From assembly GCA_963828165.1 (NCBI GenBank), contig CAWHDR010000001.1, forward strand, positions 2,784,001 through 2,848,000: a stretch of 64,000 nucleotides of DNA, written 5' to 3'. The DNA comes from an uncultured Chloroflexia bacterium (GTDB lineage: Bacteria; Chloroflexota; Limnocylindria; Limnocylindrales; CSP1-4). A program made the translations under genes and the position numbers. This document shows positions 60,628 to 64,000 of this stretch, in pieces (positions within the stretch are counted from its first letter, which is position 1; each line of letters begins with the position of its first letter). Below the pieces are notes generated by a model that searched no databases, was not told the origin of the DNA, and saw nothing but the letters and a program-made list of their open reading frames with translations.

Positions 60628-62592
60628 ATGGTCGAGACACTCGAACTCGGTCGCGAAGCGATGAACCGCCACGCTTGGGCAGAGGCGGTGGACGTGTTCG
60701 TCGCAGTCGACAACGACGGCGGCCTCGGAGCGGGTGACCTCGAACAGCTCGGCACTGCGGCCTGGTGGTCGGGGCAGCCTGACCAGGCCACGGAAGCGCT
60801 GGAACGGGCGTTCACCGCCTATGCCGACGCCGGCCAGTCGAGCGATGCCGCGCGGGTCGCCCTGGCCCTCGCGTACCAGGGTTTTCGTCGCCAGGCCGGT
60901 TCGGTCGGCGGTGGCTGGCTGGCCCGGGCGGCTCGTTTGCTCGAATCGGACCCTGAATCGCCGTCACACGCTCGGATCGCCGTCTTCCACACGCTCGGAG
61001 CGCTGATGGAGGGCCGACTGACGCAGGGCATCGAGCTGGCCGATCGAGCGATCGAGCTCGCGCAGAAACACCACGACCCCGATGCCAACTACCTGGCGAT
61101 GAGCTTCAAAGGCATGGGCCTGGTGTTCGCGGGGGAGCTGGAGGCTGGTCTGGCCTTGATCGACGAGGCGGCCGCGGCGGCCGCCTCGGGACAGCTCGAG
61201 CTCCGGACCGCCAGCGACATCTACTGCAACACGATGGCCGCCTGTCGAAACGTCGGCGATCTCAAGCGCGCGAGCCAGTGGGCGGATGAAGGGGAGCGCT
61301 GGATGCGTCGCCAGGCGGTGGGCGGCTATCCCGGCATCTGTCGCGTGCATCGCGCCGAGCTCAAGCGACTCCACGGCCGATGGTCCGAGGCCGAGCAGGA
61401 GGCGCGCCAGGCCTGCGTGGAGCTCGAGCGCTTCGGGCTCCTCGATGCGGTTGGCTACGCGCAATACGAGGTGGGCGAGGTTCGCCTGCGGATGGGCGAC
61501 CTGGACGCGGCCGGCGAAGCCTTCGACCGAGCGTACGAATACGGACACGACGCACAGCCAGGGATCGCACTCCTGCACCTGGCCCGCGGCGAGATCGACG
61601 AGGCCAAACGCTCGATCGAACGCGCGCTCGCGGCGACAACCAGCGGCGGGGGTGCCACCGACCGCGCGACCCGGGCGCGATTGCTCCCGGCCCAGATCGA
61701 TATCGCCCTGGCGGCTGGCGACCTCGAGACCGCCGGCCCAGCCGTCGATGAGCTGGAAACGATCGCGACCGACTTCCACCGACCCGTGTTCGAAGCGGGC
61801 GCACTCACGGCCCGCGGAGAGCTCTTCCTCGGTGAGGATCGGCCCGCGGACGCATCGCCCCTCCTCGGACGGTCCTGGCGGATGTGGCAGGACACGGAAC
61901 TGCCCTACGAGAGTGCCCGGGCGCGCCTGCGGTATGCCGAAGCCGAGGCGGCCGCGGGCGACCCAGAGGGTGCTCGCCGGGATCTGCGTGCTGCCCGCAG
62001 CGCGTTCGAGCGGCTCGGAGCGAGGCGCGACCTAGCACGCGTCGACGCGGTCCTGGGGGAGGGGTCCGAATCGTCGGCCCATGCCACCCGGCGGGTGACC
62101 AGGACGTTCATGTTCACCGACATCGTCACGTCCACCGACCTCGTCGGGTTGATCGGCGATGACGCCTGGGGTGACCTGCTCAAATGGCACGACCGGGAGC
62201 TGCGATCCGCCTTTGCGAACCACCGCGGGGAGGAGGTCAAGCGCACCGGCGACGGCTTCTTCGTCGCGTTCGAGCGAGCCGCTGACGCCCTCGAGTGCGC
62301 GGTCGACATCCAACGCCGGCTGGCGCGGCACCGCCAGGATCACGGGTTTGCACCCACGGTCCGCATCGGTCTCCACACGGCGGAGGGATCGCGCGATGGC
62401 GGCGACTATCAGGGCCGAGGCGTGCACGTGGCCGCGCGCATCGGCGCGGCCGCGACGTCCGCTGAGATCCTCGTGTCGACCGGGACGCTTGGCGAGATGG
62501 GCTCGGTCCGTTTCGGGTTGTCCGAGACGCGCCAGCTCACCCTCAAGGGGGTCGAAGAGGCCGTGGAGGTCCGCAGCGTCGTCTGGCGGTAG
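60628..62592 (+). CDS. TPR-like sensor + class III adenylate/guanylate cyclase (paralog of 46864-48841)
   Basis: GICRVHRAE; TFMFTDIVTST, KRTGDGFF, VRIGLH, VHVAARI. Confidence 0.9.
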   Translation: MVETLELGREAMNRHAWAEAVDVFVAVDNDGGLGAGDLEQLGTAAWWSGQPDQATEALERAFTAYADAGQSSDAARVALALAYQGFRRQAGSVGGGWLARAARLLESDPESPSHARIAVFHTLGALMEGRLTQGIELADRAIELAQKHHDPDANYLAMSFKGMGLVFAGELEAGLALIDEAAAAAASGQLELRTASDIYCNTMAACRNVGDLKRASQWADEGERWMRRQAVGGYPGICRVHRAELKRLHGRWSEAEQEARQACVELERFGLLDAVGYAQYEVGEVRLRMGDLDAAGEAFDRAYEYGHDAQPGIALLHLARGEIDEAKRSIERALAATTSGGGATDRATRARLLPAQIDIALAAGDLETAGPAVDELETIATDFHRPVFEAGALTARGELFLGEDRPADASPLLGRSWRMWQDTELPYESARARLRYAEAEAAAGDPEGARRDLRAARSAFERLGARRDLARVDAVLGEGSESSAHATRRVTRTFMFTDIVTSTDLVGLIGDDAWGDLLKWHDRELRSAFANHRGEEVKRTGDGFFVAFERAADALECAVDIQRRLARHRQDHGFAPTVRIGLHTAEGSRDGGDYQGRGVHVAARIGAAATSAEILVSTGTLGEMGSVRFGLSETRQLTLKGVEEAVEVRSVVWR

Positions 62593-62626
62593 CGGAGGCG
62601 CGAGCTGGGGCCCCGTCGTGGCCCCA

Positions 62627-64000
62627 TCAGTTGGGCGAGAGATCCTCCAGGCGCCACGCCTCCACGAGATCGCTCTTGCCCTTCACGCGCAGCGCGCCCA
62701 GTGGCTCGCCGGCCCGGCCGTCTCCGAGCGCCTCCCAGGTCGCCTTGCCGATGACCACCTGTCCCGGCTCGCCCGCCGCCATGAGGCGCGCTGCGGTATT
62801 GATCGAGTCACCGATGGCCGAGAAGCTCCGCCGAGCGTCCGCACCTACGACCCCGACGACCGCAGGCCCGGTGTTGACACCGATGCGGAACACGGGCCAG
62901 CGGGGATGGGCCGCGGCGACCGGCTTTCCAGCAGCCACGATCGACAGGCCCGTGCGGGCAGCCCGCTCTGCATGATCGGGCTGGTCGCCGCCCGCATTGA
63001 AGATGGCCATCACGCCGTCACCCGCGAAGTGCTCGATCACCCCGCCGCCGGCATCGATCGCCGGGACGACCGCCCCCCAGTACTCGTTCAGCATGCCGAC
63101 GACCTCGGTCGGTGACCGGGTCTCGCTGAACGTCGTGAATCCGGCGAGATCGGCAAACACGACGCTCACCTCACGCTCCTTGCCCGGGGACGCGGCTACA
63201 TCGGGCGTGACGCCACGGATCCCCTGGGTCACGACCGACGGCAGATACGGCTGGAATGCAGCGTCCAGGCGCCGAACCTCGCGGGCCGTCTCCGTGAGCA
63301 GGGCCAGCTCATCGTCCGACGCACCCTCGCGCCGCAGGTCCGACAGCACGCGTTCGGTCGACTCTCCCCGAACCTCCGCTGACGCGACCGACGTCACCGC
63401 CGACGCGAACCAGCGATCGACGCTGGCGAGCGTCGCCTCGAGGTAGAGACCCCCGAACGTCGCGGACAGGGAACCGCCGCGACGGTACTCCTGGCGGGCA
63501 CCAAGGGCGATCGCCGCGAAGGCCGCGAGCATCAGCAGATGCCACTCCCACCAGCTGGCGTGCCAGTTCCGGCTCAGCGACACGGCGATCATCGCCTCGG
63601 CCAGCAGCACGTACGCCACGCCCATGCTGAAGGTCACGGCACCACCGCGGTGGCGATAGAACAGGAACGAGCGCCACGCCGAATAGGCGTACAGCGCGAC
63701 CGCGACGAATGAAAGGAATCTGAGCGGACCGGCTCCCTCGAACGCCGTGGGCGGCCCGTTGAGGGGCGGTAGCCGCGCGATCGAGACGAACGCCCAGACG
63801 GCCATCAACGCCAGGAGACCACCGAGCAGGAGCGGTCGCAAACGGAGGACCGTCTGGGCCCGCGGCCCGGCCAGCGGGCTGGTGGACGCCGCCGCGAAGA
63901 CCGACGCGATGATGAGCCCGACCGGCGTGGCCGTGGCGAACCCGACGTTCGACTCGGCCAGCAGCACGCCCGGCGTCGCGAGGGCATGCAGGCCGAGGAA
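62627..64000 (-). CDS. Multi-TM class III adenylate/guanylate cyclase (5' end outside window)
   Basis: TM region; VFADLAGFT, AGDGVM, RIGVNTG, GDSINTAARL. Confidence 0.9.
   Translation of the reverse strand, partial: FLGLHALATPGVLLAESNVGFATATPVGLIIASVFAAASTSPLAGPRAQTVLRLRPLLLGGLLALMAVWAFVSIARLPPLNGPPTAFEGAGPLRFLSFVAVALYAYSAWRSFLFYRHRGGAVTFSMGVAYVLLAEAMIAVSLSRNWHASWWEWHLLMLAAFAAIALGARQEYRRGGSLSATFGGLYLEATLASVDRWFASAVTSVASAEVRGESTERVLSDLRREGASDDELALLTETAREVRRLDAAFQPYLPSVVTQGIRGVTPDVAASPGKEREVSVVFADLAGFTTFSETRSPTEVVGMLNEYWGAVVPAIDAGGGVIEHFAGDGVMAIFNAGGDQPDHAERAARTGLSIVAAGKPVAAAHPRWPVFRIGVNTGPAVVGVVGADARRSFSAIGDSINTAARLMAAGEPGQVVIGKATWEALGDGRAGEPLGALRVKGKSDLVEAWRLEDLSPN

Noticed and set aside
59973-60737. 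254-aa ORF as an intact gene
   Set aside because: Only ~73 codons resemble an oxidoreductase; the remainder is readthrough across a deletion junction.

Overview
High-GC bacterial chromosomal segment. Gene content and order suggest Chloroflexota (inference; no marker search was run). Bases 1-24.3 kb are core genes: dxr(3' end)-rseP-ispG; nusA-ylxR-infB-rbfA-DHH-truB-ribF; pduO; rpsO-pnp; asd-UDG-rnj-ftsK; rodZ-cinA-murC-NTF2-yajQ. Bases 24.3-64 kb are accessory genes (enzymes, transporter, resistance/repair-type genes, class III cyclases, a LuxR-ATPase, a LigD ligase domain, gene remnants). No rRNA, tRNA, CRISPR array, transposase or integrase was recognised. Main discoveries: (1) PNPase carries an in-frame DnaQ-like DEDDh exonuclease domain with all catalytic residues, inserted between its two RNase PH domains. 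(2) A three-Cys leader peptide with an antiterminator/terminator pair precedes a YnjE-like sulfurtransferase, which fits a cysteine-sensing attenuator. (3) A DRG/Rbg1-like GTPase with altered G3/G4 motifs sits behind a 22-codon uORF and a structured leader. (4) The family-4 UDG ends in a clamp-binding motif (QLSLF). (5) Many genes look leaderless. Six single-base insertions break five otherwise intact genes (two in the UvrA-like gene) and look like sequencing or assembly errors.
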